A program made the position numbers and the translations under genes. A stretch of 64,000 nucleotides of DNA from the human T2T-CHM13v2.0 reference genome, Homo sapiens, in the NCBI RefSeq assembly GCF_009914755.1, contig NC_060928.1. One strand, 5' to 3'. Below, piece after piece: positions 24,001-39,000 of the stretch; the first letter of the stretch is position 1, and each line of letters opens with the position of its first letter. The notes under the pieces are model-generated. The model was given only the letters and a program-made list of their open reading frames with translations, made no database searches and was not told the origin of the DNA.

Positions 24001-27000
24001 AACCATTGCTTGGATACAGCATTTTGGAAACATTCCTTTAGTAGAATCTGCAAGTTGATATTGAGATAGATTTGAAGATTTCGTTGGAAAAGGGAATATC
24101 TCCATATAAAATCTAGAGGGAAGCATTCTCAGAAACTGCTTTGTGATGTTTCCATTCAAGTCACAGAGTTGAATATTCCCTTTTATAGAGCACGTTTGAA
24201 ACACTCTTTCTGCACTATCTGGAAGTGGACATTTCGAGCGCTTTGAGGCCTATGGTGAAAAAGGAAATATCTTCCCATAAAAACTAGACAGAAGCATTCT
24301 CAGAAACTTGTTTGTGATGTGTGTATTCAACTAACAGAGTTGAACTTTTGTTTTTACAGAGCCGTTTTAAAACACTCTTTTTGTGGAATCAGAAAGTGGA
24401 TATTCGGATGGCTCTGAGGATTTCGTTGGAAGCGGGATTACATATAAAATCTAGAGAGAAGCATTCTCAGGAACTTCTTTGTGATGTTTGCATTGAAGTC
24501 ACAGAATTGAACATTCACTTTGATAGAGCAGGTTTGAAACACTCATTCTGTAGTATCTGGAAGTGGACATTTCAAGCGCTTTCAGGCCTATGGTGAGAAA
24601 GGAAATATCTTCGAATAAAAACTAGACAGAAGCATCCTCAGAAACTTATTTGTGATGTGTGTCCTCAACTAACAGAGTTGAAACTTTGTTTTGATACAGC
24701 ATTTTGGAAACACTCTTTTTGTAGAATCTGCAGGTGGATATTTGGATAGCTTAGAGGGATTCGTTGGAAAGGGGATATCTTCATATAAAATCTAGACAGA
24801 AGCATTCTCAGAAACTTATTTGTGATGTGTGTCCTCAACTAACAGAGTTGAACCTTGGTTTTGATACAGCATTTTGGAAACACTCCTTTTGTAGAATCTG
24901 CAGGTGGATATGTGGATAGCTCTGAAGATTTCGTTGGAAACGGGAATTTCTTCATATAAAATCAAACAGAAGCATTCTCAGAAACTTCTCAGTGATGTTT
25001 GCATTCAGCTCATGGAGTTGAACACTTCCTTTCATAGAGCCGGTTTGAAACACTCTTTCTGCACTACCTGGAAGAGGACATTTCGAGCGCTTTGAGTCCT
25101 ATGGTGAAAAAGGAAATATCTTCTCATAAAAACCAGAAAGAAGCATTCTCAGAAACTTCTTTGTGTTGTGTGTACTCATGTAACAGTGTTGAACCATCCT
25201 TTTGACAGAGCAGTTTTGAAACACTCTTTTTGTAGAATCTGCAAGTGGATATTTGGATAGCTTTGAGGATTTCGTTGGAAACGGGATGACATATAATATC
25301 TAGAGAGAAGCATACTCAGGAACTTCTTTGTGATGTTTGCATTCAAGTCACAGAATTGAACATTCCCTTTCATAGAGCAGGTTTGAAACACTCTTTCTCT
25401 AGTATCTGGAAGTGGGCATTTCAAGCGCTTTCAGGCCTATGGAGAGAAAGGAAATACCTTCAAATAAAAACTAGACAGAAGCATTCTCAGAAACTTATTT
25501 GTGATGTGTGTCCTCAACTAACAGAGTTGAACCTTTGTTTTGATACAGCATTTTGGAAACACTCCTTTTGTAGAATCTGCAGGTGGATATTTGGATAACT
25601 TTGAAGATTTCGTTGGAAACCGGAATATCTTCATATAAAATCAAGACAGAAGCATTCTCGGAAACATCTCTGTGATGTTTGCATTCAACTCAGTAGAGTT
25701 GAACACTTCCTTTCATAGAGCAGGTTTGAAACACTCTTTCTGCACTACCTGGAAGCGGACATTTCGAGCGCTTTGAGGCCTATGGTGAAAAAGGAAATAT
25801 CTTCTCATAAAAACCAGAAAGAAGCATTCTCAGAAACTTCTTTGTGTTGTGTGTACTCAAGTAACAGTGTTGAACCTTCCTTTTGACACAGCAGTTTTGA
25901 AACACTCTTTTGGTAGAATCTGCAAGTGGATATTTGGATAGCTTTGAGGATTTCGTTGGAAACGGGTTATCTTCATATAAAATCCAGACAGGAGCATTCT
26001 CAGAAACTTCTTTGTGCTGCATGTCCTCAATTCACAGAGCTGAACCTTTGTTTGGATACAGCATTTTGGAAACATTCCTTTAGTAGAATCTGCAAGTTGA
26101 TATTTAGATAGCTTTGAAGATTTCGTTGGAAACGGGAATATCTTCATAAAAATCTAGACGGAAGCATTCTCAGAAACTGCTTTGTGATGTTTGCATTCAA
26201 GTCACAGAGTTGAATATTCCCTTTTATAGAGTAGGTTTGAAACACTCTTTCGGCACTACCTGGAAGTGGATATTTCGAGCTCTTTGAGGCCTATGGTTAA
26301 AAGGAAATATCTTCCCATAAAAACTAGACAGAAGCCGTCTCAGAAACTTGTTTGTGATGTGTGTATTCAACTACCAGAGTTGAACATTTCTGTTACAGAG
26401 CAATTTTAAAACACTCTTTTTGTGGAATCTGAAAGTGGATAATTGGATAGCTTTGTGGATTTCGTTGGAAACGGGATGACGTATAAAATCTAGAGAGAAG
26501 CATTCTCAGGAACTTCTTTCTGATGTTTGCATTCAAGTCACAGAATTGAACATTCCTTTTCATAGTGCAGGTTTGAAACACTCTTTCTGTAGTATCTGGA
26601 AGTGGACATTTCAAGCGCTTTCAGGCCTACGGGGAGAAAGGAAATATCTTCAAATAAAAACTAGACAGAAGGATTCTCAGAAACTTATTTGTGATGTGTG
26701 TCCTAAACGAACACAGTTGAACCTTTGTTTTGATACAGCATTTTGGAAACACTCCTTTTGTAGGATCTGCAGGTGGATATTTGGATAGATTTTAAGATTT
26801 CGTTGGAAACGGGAGTTTCTTCATAGAAACTCAAGACAGATGCATTCTCAGAAACATCTCTGTGATGTTTGCATTCCACTCATAGAGTTGAAAACTTCCT
26901 TTCATAGAGCAGGTTTGAAACACTCTTTTTGTAATATTTGGAAGTGGACATTTGCAGCGCTTTGAGGCCTATGGTGAAAAAGGAAATATCTTCTCATAAA

Positions 27001-30000
27001 AACCAGAAACAAGCATTCTCAGAAACTTCTTTTTGATGTGTGTACTCAAGTAACAGAGTTGAACCTTCCTTTTGACACAGCAGTTTTGAAACAATCTTTT
27101 TGTAGAATCTGCAAGTGGATATTTGGATAGCTTTGAGGATTTCGTTGGAAACGGGATATCTTCATATAAAATCTAGACAGAAGCATTCTCAGAAACTTCT
27201 TTGTGCTGTATGTCCTCAATTAACAGAGTTGAACCATTGCTTGGATACAGCATTTTGGAAACATTCCTTGAGTAGAATCTGCAAGTTGATATTTAGATAG
27301 ATTTGAAGATTTCGTTGGAAAAGGGAATATCTCCATATAAAATCTAGAGGGAAGCATTCTCAGAAACTGCTTTGTGATGTTTCCATTCAAGTCACAGAGT
27401 TGAATATTCCCTTTTATAGAGCACGTTTGAAACACTCTTTCTGCACTATCTGGAAGTGGACATTTCGAGCGCTTTGAGGCCTATGGTGAAAAAGGAAATA
27501 TCTTCCCATAAAAACTAGACAGAAGCATTCTCAGAAACTTGTTTGTGATGTGTGTATTCAACTAACAGAGTTGAACTTTTGTTTTTACAGAGCCGTTTTA
27601 AAACACTCTTTTTGTGGAATCAGAAAGTGGATATTCGGATGGCTCTGAGGATTTCGTTGGAAGCGGGATTACATATAAAATCTAGAGAGAAGCATTCTCA
27701 GGAACTTCTTTGTGATGTTTGCATTGAAGTCACAGAATTGAACATTCACTTTGATAGAGCAGGTTTGAAACACTCATTCTGTAGTATCTGGAAGTGGACA
27801 TTTCAAGTGCTTTCAGGCCTATGGTGAGAAAGGAAATATCTTCGAATAAAAACTAGACAGAAGCATCCTCAGAAACTTATTTGTGATGTGTGTCCTCAAC
27901 TAACAGAGTTGAAACTTTGTTTTGATACAGCATTTTGGAAACACTCTTTTTGTAGAATCTGCAGGTGGATATTTGGATAGCTTAGAGGGATTCGTTGGAA
28001 AGGGGATATCTTCATATAAAATCTAGACAGAAGCATTCTCAGAAACTTATTTGTGATGTGTGTCCTCAACTAACAGAGTTGAACCTTGGTTTTGATACAG
28101 CATTTTGGAAACGCTCCTTTTGTAGAATCTGCAGGTGGATATGTGGATAGCTCTGAAGATTTCGTTGGAAACGGGAATTTCTTCATATAAAATCAAACAG
28201 AAGCATTCTCAGAAACTTCTCAGTGATGTTTGCATTCAGCTCATGGAGTTGAACACTTCCTTTCATAGAGCCGGTTTGAAACACTCTTTCTGCACTACCT
28301 GGAAGAGGACATTTCGAGCGCTTTGAGTCCTATGGTGAAAAAGGAAATATCTTCTCATAAAAACCAGAAAGAAGCATTCTCAGAAACTTCTTTGTGTTGT
28401 GTGTACTCATGTAACAGTGTTGAACCATCCTTTTGACAGAGCAGTTTTGAAACACTCTTTTTGTAGAATCTGCAAGTGGATATTTGGATAGCTTTGAGGA
28501 TTTCGTTGGAAACGGGATGACATATAATATCTAGAGAGAAGCATACTCAGGAACTTCTTTGTGATGTTTGCATTCAAGTCACAGAATTGAACATTCCCTT
28601 TCATAGAGCAGGTTTGAAACACTCTTTCTCTAGTATCTGGAAGTGGGCATTTCAAGCGCTTTCAGGCCTATGGAGAGAAAGGAAATACCTTCAAATAAAA
28701 ACTAGACAGAAGCATTCTCAGAAACTTATTTGTGATGTGTGTCCTCAACTAACAGAGTTGAACCTTTGTTTTGATACAGCATTTTGGAAACACTCCTTTT
28801 GTAGAATCTGCAGGTGGATATTTGGATAACTTTGAAGATTTCGTTGGAAACCGGAATATCTTCATATAAAATCAAGACAGAAGCATTCTCGGAAACATCT
28901 CTGTGATGTTTGCATTCAACTCAGTAGAGTTGAACACTTCCTTTCATAGAGCAGGTTTGAAACACTCTTTCTGCACTACCTGGAAGCGGACATTTCGAGC
29001 GCTTTGAGGCCTATGGTGAAAAAGGAAATATCTTCTCATAAAAACCAGAAAGAAGCATTCTCAGAAACTTCTTTGTGTTGTGTGTACTCAAGTAACAGTG
29101 TTGAACCTTCCTTTTGACACAGCAGTTTTGAAACACTCTTTTGGTAGAATCTGCAAGTGGATATTTGGATAGCTTTGAGGATTTCGTTGGAAACGGGTTA
29201 TCTTCATATAAAATCCAGACAGGAGCATTCTCAGAAACTTCTTTGTGCTGCATGTCCTCAATTCACAGAGCTGAACCTTTGTTTGGATACAGCATTTTGG
29301 AAACATTCCTTTAGTAGAATCTGCAAGTTGATATTTAGATAGCTTTGAAGATTTCGTTGGAAACGGGAATATCTTCATAGAAAATCTAGACGGAAGCATT
29401 CTCAGAAACTGCTTTGTGATGTTTGCATTCAAGTCACAGAGTTGAATATTCCCTTTTATAGAGTAGGTTTGAAACACTCTTTCGGCACTACCTGGAAGTG
29501 GATATTTCGAGCTCTTTGAGGCCTATGGTTAAAAGGAAATATCTTCCCATAAAAACTAGACAGAAGCCGTCTCAGAAACTTGTTTGTGATGTGTGTATTC
29601 AACTAACAGAGTTGAACATTTCTGTTACAGAGCAATTTTAAAACACTCTTTTTGTGGAATCTGAAAGTGGATAATTGGATAGCTTTGTGGATTTCGTTGG
29701 AAACGGGATGACGTATAAAATCTAGAGAGAAGCATTCTCAGGAACTTCTTTCTGATGTTTGCATTCAAGTCACAGAATTGAACATTCCTTTTCATAGTGC
29801 AGGTTTGAAACACTCTTTCTGTAGTATCTGGAAGTGGACATTTCAAGCGCTTTCAGGCCTACGGGGAGAAAGGAAATATCTTCAAATAAAAACTAGACAG
29901 AAGGATTCTCAGAAACTTATTTGTGATGTGTGTCCTAAACGAACACAGTTGAACCTTTGTTTAGATACAGCATTTTGGAAACACTCCTTTTGTAGGATCT

Positions 30001-33000
30001 GCAGGTGGATATTTTGATAGATTTTAAGATTTCGTTGGAAACGGGAGTTTCTTCATAGAAACTCAAGACAGATGCATTCTCAGAAACATCTCTGTGATGT
30101 TTGCATTCCACTCATAGAGTTGAAAACTTCCTTTCATAGAGCAGGTTTGAAACACTCTTTTTGTAATATTTGGAAGTGGACATTTGCAGCGCTTTGAGGC
30201 CTATGGTGAAAAAGGAAATATCTTCTCATAAAAACCAGAAACAAGCATTCTCAGAAACTTCTTTTTGATGTGTGTACTCAAGTAACAGAGTTGAACCTTC
30301 CTTTTGACACAGCAGTTTTGAAACAATCTTTTTGTAGAATCTGCAAGTGGATATTTGGATAGCTTTGAGGATTTCGTTGGAAACGGGATATCTTCATATA
30401 AAATCTAGACAGAAGCATTCTCAGAAACTTCTTTGTGCTGTATGTCCTCAATTAACAGAGTTGAACCATTGCTTGGATACAGCATTTTGGAAACATTCCT
30501 TTAGTAGAATCTGCAAGTTGATATTGAGATAGATTTGAAGATTTCGTTGGAAAAGGGAATATCTCCATATAAAATCTAGAGGGAAGCATTCTCAGAAACT
30601 GCTTTGTGATGTTTCCATTCAAGTCACAGAGTTGAATATTCCCTTTTATAGAGCACGTTTGAAACACTCTTTCTGCACTATCTGGAAGTGGACATTTCGA
30701 GCGCTTTGAGGCCTATGGTGAAAAAGGAAATATCTTCCCATAAAAACTAGACAGAAGCATTCTCAGAAACTTGTTTGTGATGTGTGTATTCAACTAACAG
30801 AGTTGAACTTTTGTTTTTACAGAGCCGTTTTAAAACACTCTTTTTGTGGAATCAGAAAGTGGATATTCGGATGGCTCTGAGGATTTCGTTGGAAGCGGGA
30901 TTACATATAAAATCTAGAGAGAAGCATTCTCAGGAACTTCTTTGTGATGTTTGCATTGAAGTCACAGAATTGAACATTCACTTTGATAGAGCAGGTTTGA
31001 AACACTCATTCTGTAGTATCTGGAAGTGGACATTTCAAGCGCTTTCAGGCCTATGGTGAGAAAGGAAATATCTTCGAATAAAAACTAGACAGAAGCATCC
31101 TCAGAAACTTATTTGTGATGTGTGTCCTCAACTAACAGAGTTGAAACTTTGTTTTGATACAGCATTTTGGAAACACTCTTTTTGTAGAATCTGCAGGTGG
31201 ATATTTGGATAGCTTAGAGGGATTCGTTGGAAAGGGGATATCTTCATATAAAATCTAGACAGAAGCATTCTCAGAAACTTATTTGTGATGTGTGTCCTCA
31301 ACTAACAGAGTTGAACCTTGGTTTTGATACAGCATTTTGGAAACACTCCTTTTGTAGAATCTGCAGGTGGATATGTGGATAGCTCTGAAGATTTCGTTGG
31401 AAACGGGAATTTCTTCATATAAAATCAAACAGAAGCATTCTCAGAAACTTCTCAGTGATGTTTGCATTCAGCTCATGGAGTTGAACACTTCCTTTCATAG
31501 AGCCGGTTTGAAACACTCTTTCTGCACTACCTGGAAGAGGACATTTCGAGCGCTTTGAGTCCTATGGTGAAAAAGGAAATATCTTCTCATAAAAACCAGA
31601 AAGAAGCATTCTCAGAAACTTCTTTGTGTTGTGTGTACTCATGTAACAGTGTTGAACCATCCTTTTGACAGAGCAGTTTTGAAACACTCTTTTTGTAGAA
31701 TCTGCAAGTGGATATTTGGATAGCTTTGAGGATTTCGTTGGAAACGGGATGACATATAATATCTAGAGAGAAGCATACTCAGGAACTTCTTTGTGATGTT
31801 TGCATTCAAGTCACAGAATTGAACATTCCCTTTCATAGAGCAGGTTTGAAACACTCTTTCTCTAGTATCTGGAAGTGGGCATTTCAAGCGCTTTCAGGCC
31901 TATGGAGAGAAAGGAAATACCTTCAAATAAAAACTAGACAGAAGCATTCTCAGAAACTTATTTGTGATGTGTGTCCTCAACTAACAGAGTTGAACCTTTG
32001 TTTTGATACAGCATTTTGGAAACACTCCTTTTGTAGAATCTGCAGGTGGATATTTGGATAACTTTGAAGATTTCGTTGGAAACCGGAATATCTTCATATA
32101 AAATCAAGACAGAAGCATTCTCGGAAACATCTCTGTGATGTTTGCATTCAACTCAGTAGAGTTGAACACTTCCTTTCATAGAGCAGGTTTGAAACACTCT
32201 TTCTGCACTACCTGGAAGCGGACATTTCGAGCGCTTTGAGGCCTATGGTGAAAAAGGAAATATCTTCTCATAAAAACCAGAAAGAAGCATTCTCAGAAAC
32301 TTCTTTGTGTTGTGTGTACTCAAGTAACAGTGTTGAACCTTCCTTTTGACACAGCAGTTTTGAAACACTCTTTTGGTAGAATCTGCAAGTGGATATTTGG
32401 ATAGCTTTGAGGATTTCGTTGGAAACGGGTTATCTTCATATAAAATCCAGACAGGAGCATTCTCAGAAACTTCTTTGTGCTGCATGTCCTCAATTCACAG
32501 AGCTGAACCTTTGTTTGGATACAGCATTTTGGAAACATTCCTTTAGTAGAATCTGCAAGTTGATATTTAGATAGCTTTGAAGATTTCGTTGGAAACGGGA
32601 ATATCTTCATAGAAAATCTAGACGGAAGCATTCTCAGAAACTGCTTTGTGATGTTTGCATTCAAGTCACAGAGTTGAATATTCCCTTTTATAGAGTAGGT
32701 TTGAAACACTCTTTCGGCACTAGCTGGAAGTGGATATTTCGAGCTCTTTGAGGCCTATGGTTAAAAGGAAATATCTTCCCATAAAAACTAGACAGAAGCC
32801 GTCTCAGAAACTTGTTTGTGATGTGTGTATTCAACTACCAGAGTTGAACATTTCTGTTACAGAGCAATTTTAAAACACTCTTTTTGTGGAATCTGAAAGT
32901 GGATAATTGGATAGCTTTGTGGATTTCGTTGGAAACGGGATGACGTATAAAATCTAGAGAGAAGCATTCTCAGGAACTTCTTTGTGATGTTTGCATTCAA

Positions 33001-36000
33001 GTCACAGAATTGAACATTCCTTTTCATAGTGCAGGTTTGAAACACTCTTTCTGTAGTATCTGGAAGTGGACATTTCAAGCGCTTTCAGGCCTACGGGGAG
33101 AAAGGAAATATCTTCAAATAAAAACTAGACAGAAGGATTCTCAGAAACTTATTTGTGATGTGTGTCCTAAACGAACACAGTTGAACCTTTGTTTTGATAC
33201 AGCATTTTGGAAACACTCCTTTTGTAGGATCTGCAGGTGGATATTTGGATAGATTTTAAGATTTCGTTGGAAACGGGAGTTTCTTCATAGAAACTCAAGA
33301 CAGATGCATTCTCAGAAACATCTCTGTGATGTTTGCATTCCACTCATAGAGTTGAAAACTTCCTTTCATAGAGCAGGTTTGAAACACTCTTTTTGTAATA
33401 TTTGGAAGTGGACATTTGCAGCGCTTTGAGGCCTATGGTGAAAAAGGAAATATCTTCTCATAAAAACCAGAAACAAGCATTCTCAGAAACTTCTTTTTGA
33501 TGTGTGTACTCAAGTAACAGAGTTGAACCTTCCTTTTGACACAGCAGTTTTGAAACAATCTTTTTGTAGAATCTGCAAGTGGATATTTGGATAGCTTTGA
33601 GGATTTCGTTGGAAACGGGATATCTTCATATAAAATCTAGACAGAAGCATTCTCAGAAACTTCTTTGTGCTGTATGTCCTCAATTAACAGAGTTGAACCA
33701 TTGCTTGGATACAGCATTTTGGAAACATTCCTTGAGTAGAATCTGCAAGTTGATATTTAGATAGATTTGAAGATTTCGTTGGAAAAGGGAATATCTCCAT
33801 ATAAAATCTAGAGGGAAGCATTCTCAGAAACTGCTTTGTGATGTTTCCATTCAAGTCACAGAGTTGAATATTCCCTTTTATAGAGCACGTTTGAAACACT
33901 CTTTCTGCACTATCTGGAAGTGGACATTTCGAGCGCTTTGAGGCCTATGGTGAAAAAGGAAATATCTTCCCATAAAAACTAGACAGAAGCATTCTCAGAA
34001 ACTTGTTTGTGATGTGTGTATTCAACTAACAGAGTTGAACTTTTGTTTTTACAGAGCCGTTTTAAAACACTCTTTTTGTGGAATCAGAAAGTGGATATTC
34101 GGATGGCTCTGAGGATTTCGTTGGAAGCGGGATTACATATAAAATCTAGAGAGAAGCATTCTCAGGAACTTCTTTGTGATGTTTGCATTGAAGTCACAGA
34201 ATTGAACATTCACTTTGATAGAGCAGGTTTGAAACACTCATTCTGTAGTATCTGGAAGTGGACATTTCAAGCGCTTTCAGGCCTATGGTGAGAAAGGAAA
34301 TATCTTCGAATAAAAACTAGACAGAAGCATCCTCAGAAACTTATTTGTGATGTGTGTCCTCAACTAACAGAGTTGAAACTTTGTTTTGATACAGCATTTT
34401 GGAAACACTCTTTTTGTAGAATCTGCAGGTGGATATTTGGATAGCTTAGAGGGATTCGTTGGAAAGGGGATATCTTCATATAAAATCTAGACAGAAGCAT
34501 TCTCAGAAACTTATTTGTGATGTGTGTCCTCAACTAACAGAGTTGAACCTTGGTTTTGATACAGCATTTTGGAAACGCTCCTTTTGTAGAATCTGCAGGT
34601 GGATATGTGGATAGCTCTGAAGATTTCGTTGGAAACGGGAATTTCTTCATATAAAATCAAACAGAAGCATTCTCAGAAACTTCTCAGTGATGTTTGCATT
34701 CAGCTCATGGAGTTGAACACTTCCTTTCATAGAGCCGGTTTGAAACACTCTTTCTGCACTACCTGGAAGAGGACATTTCGAGCGCTTTGAGTCCTATGGT
34801 GAAAAAGGAAATATCTTCTCATAAAAACCAGAAAGAAGCATTCTCAGAAACTTCTTTGTGTTGTGTGTACTCATGTAACAGTGTTGAACCATCCTTTTGA
34901 CAGAGCAGTTTTGAAACACTCTTTTTGTAGAATCTGCAAGTGGATATTTGGATAGCTTTGAGGATTTCGTTGGAAACGGGATGACATATAATATCTAGAG
35001 AGAAGCATACTCAGGAACTTCTTTGTGATGTTTGCATTCAAGTCACAGAATTGAACATTCCCTTTCATAGAGCAGGTTTGAAACACTCTTTCTCTAGTAT
35101 CTGGAAGTGGGCATTTCAAGCGCTTTCAGGCCTATGGAGAGAAAGGAAATACCTTCAAATAAAAACTAGACAGAAGCATTCTCAGAAACTTATTTGTGAT
35201 GTGTGTCCTCAACTAACAGAGTTGAACCTTTGTTTTGATACAGCATTTTGGAAACACTCCTTTTGTAGAATCTGCAGGTGGATATTTGGATAACTTTGAA
35301 GATTTCGTTGGAAACCGGAATATCTTCATATAAAATCAAGACAGAAGCATTCTCGGAAACATCTCTGTGATGTTTGCATTCAACTCAGTAGAGTTGAACA
35401 CTTCCTTTCATAGAGCAGGTTTGAAACACTCTTTCTGCACTACCTGGAAGCGGACATTTCGAGCGCTTTGAGGCCTATGGTGAAAAAGGAAATATCTTCT
35501 CATAAAAACCAGAAAGAAGCATTCTCAGAAACTTCTTTGTGTTGTGTGTACTCAAGTAACAGTGTTGAACCTTCCTTTTGACACAGCAGTTTTGAAACAC
35601 TCTTTTGGTAGAATCTGCAAGTGGATATTTGGATAGCTTTGAGGATTTCGTTGGAAACGGGTTATCTTCATATAAAATCCAGACAGGAGCATTCTCAGAA
35701 ACTTCTTTGTGCTGCATGTCCTCAATTCACAGAGCTGAACCTTTGTTTGGATACAGCATTTTGGAAACATTCCTTTAGTAGAATCTGCAAGTTGATATTT
35801 AGATAGCTTTGAAGATTTCGTTGGAAACGGGAATATCTTCATAGAAAATCTAGACGGAAGCATTCTCAGAAACTGCTTTGTGATGTTTGCATTCAAGTCA
35901 CAGAGTTGAATATTCCCTTTTATAGAGTAGGTTTGAAACACTCTTTCGGCACTACCTGGAAGTGGATATTTCGAGCTCTTTGAGGCCTATGGTTAAAAGG

Positions 36001-39000
36001 AAATATCTTCCCATAAAAACTAGACAGAAGCCGTCTCAGAAACTTGTTTGTGATGTGTGTATTCAACTACCAGAGTTGAACATTTCTGTTACAGAGCAAT
36101 TTTAAAACACTCTTTTTGTGGAATCTGAAAGTGGATAATTGGATAGCTTTGTGGATTTCGTTGGAAACGGGATGACGTATAAAATCTAGAGAGAAGCATT
36201 CTCAGGAACTTCTTTCTGATGTTTGCATTCAAGTCACAGAATTGAACATTCCTTTTCATAGTGCAGGTTTGAAACACTCTTTCTGTAGTATCTGGAAGTG
36301 GACATTTCAAGCGCTTTCAGGCCTACGGGGAGAAAGGAAATATCTTCAAATAAAAACTAGACAGAAGGATTCTCAGAAACTTATTTGTGATGTGTGTCCT
36401 AAACGAACACAGTTGAACCTTTGTTTTGATACAGCATTTTGGAAACACTCCTTTTGTAGGATCTGCAGGTGGATATTTGGATAGATTTTAAGATTTCGTT
36501 GGAAACGGGAGTTTCTTCATAGAAACTCAAGACAGATGCATTCTCAGAAACATCTCTGTGATGTTTGCATTCCACTCATAGAGTTGAAAACTTCCTTTCA
36601 TAGAGCAGGTTTGAAACACTCTTTTTGTAATATTTGGAAGTGGACATTTGCAGCGCTTTGAGGCCTATGGTGAAAAAGGAAATATCTTCTCATAAAAACC
36701 AGAAACAAGCATTCTCAGAAACTTCTTTTTGATGTGTGTACTCAAGTAACAGAGTTGAACCTTCCTTTTGACACAGCAGTTTTGAAACAATCTTTTTGTA
36801 GAATCTGCAAGTGGATATTTGGATAGCTTTGAGGATTTCGTTGGAAACGGGATATCTTCATATAAAATCTAGACAGAAGCATTCTCAGAAACTTCTTTGT
36901 GCTGTATGTCCTCAATTAACAGAGTTGAACCATTGCTTGGATACAGCATTTTGGAAACATTCCTTGAGTAGAATCTGCAAGTTGATATTTAGATAGATTT
37001 GAAGATTTCGTTGGAAAAGGGAATATCTCCATATAAAATCTAGAGGGAAGCATTCTCAGAAACTGCTTTGTGATGTTTCCATTCAAGTCACAGAGTTGAA
37101 TATTCCCTTTTATAGAGCACGTTTGAAACACTCTTTCTGCACTATCTGGAAGTGGACATTTCGAGCGCTTTGAGGCCTATGGTGAAAAAGGAAATATCTT
37201 CCCATAAAAACTAGACAGAAGCATTCTCAGAAACTTGTTTGTGATGTGTGTATTCAACTAACAGAGTTGAACTTTTGTTTTTACAGAGCCGTTTTAAAAC
37301 ACTCTTTTTGTGGAATCAGAAAGTGGATATTCGGATGGCTCTGAGGATTTCGTTGGAAGCGGGATTACATATAAAATCTAGAGAGAAGCATTCTCAGGAA
37401 CTTCTTTGTGATGTTTGCATTGAAGTCACAGAATTGAACATTCACTTTGATAGAGCAGGTTTGAAACACTCATTCTGTAGTATCTGGAAGTGGACATTTC
37501 AAGCGCTTTCAGGCCTATGGTGAGAAAGGAAATATCTTCGAATAAAAACTAGACAGAAGCATCCTCAGAAACTTATTTGTGATGTGTGTCCTCAACTAAC
37601 AGAGTTGAAACTTTGTTTTGATACAGCATTTTGGAAACACTCTTTTTGTAGAATCTGCAGGTGGATATTTGGATAGCTTAGAGGGATTCGTTGGAAAGGG
37701 GATATCTTCATATAAAATCTAGACAGAAGCATTCTCAGAAACTTATTTGTGATGTGTGTCCTCAACTAACAGAGTTGAACCTTGGTTTTGATACAGCATT
37801 TTGGAAACGCTCCTTTTGTAGAATCTGCAGGTGGATATGTGGATAGCTCTGAAGATTTCGTTGGAAACGGGAATTTCTTCATATAAAATCAAACAGAAGC
37901 ATTCTCAGAAACTTCTCAGTGATGTTTGCATTCAGCTCATGGAGTTGAACACTTCCTTTCATAGAGCCGGTTTGAAACACTCTTTCTGCACTACCTGGAA
38001 GAGGACATTTCGAGCGCTTTGAGTCCTATGGTGAAAAAGGAAATATCTTCTCATAAAAACCAGAAAGAAGCATTCTCAGAAACTTCTTTGTGTTGTGTGT
38101 ACTCATGTAACAGTGTTGAACCATCCTTTTGACAGAGCAGTTTTGAAACACTCTTTTTGTAGAATCTGCAAGTGGATATTTGGATAGCTTTGAGGATTTC
38201 GTTGGAAACGGGATGACATATAATATCTAGAGAGAAGCATTCTCAGGAACTTCTTTGTGATGTTTGCATTCAAGTCACAGAATTGAACATTCCCTTTCAT
38301 AGAGCAGGTTTGAAACACTCTTTCTCTAGTATCTGGAAGTGGGCATTTCAAGCGCTTTCAGGCCTATGGAGAGAAAGGAAATACCTTCAAATAAAAACTA
38401 GACAGAAGCATTCTCAGAAACTTATTTGTGATGTGTGTCCTCAACTAACAGAGTTGAACCTTTGTTTTGATACAGCATTTTGGAAACACTCCTTTTGTAG
38501 AATCTGCAGGTGGATATTTGGATAACTTTGAAGATTTCGTTGGAAACCGGAATATCTTCATATAAAATCAAGACAGAAGCATTCTCGGAAACATCTCTGT
38601 GATGTTTGCATTCAACTCAGTAGAGTTGAACACTTCCTTTCATAGAGCAGGTTTGAAACACTCTTTCTGCACTACCTGGAAGCGGACATTTCGAGCGCTT
38701 TGAGGCCTATGGTGAAAAAGGAAATATCTTCTCATAAAAACCAGAAAGAAGCATTCTCAGAAACTTCTTTGTGTTGTGTGTACTCAAGTAACAGTGTTGA
38801 ACCTTCCTTTTGACACAGCAGTTTTGAAACACTCTTTTGGTAGAATCTGCAAGTGGATATTTGGATAGCTTTGAGGATTTCGTTGGAAACGGGTTATCTT
38901 CATATAAAATCCAGACAGGAGCATTCTCAGAAACTTCTTTGTGCTGCATGTCCTCAATTCACAGAGCTGAACCTTTGTTTGGATACAGCATTTTGGAAAC

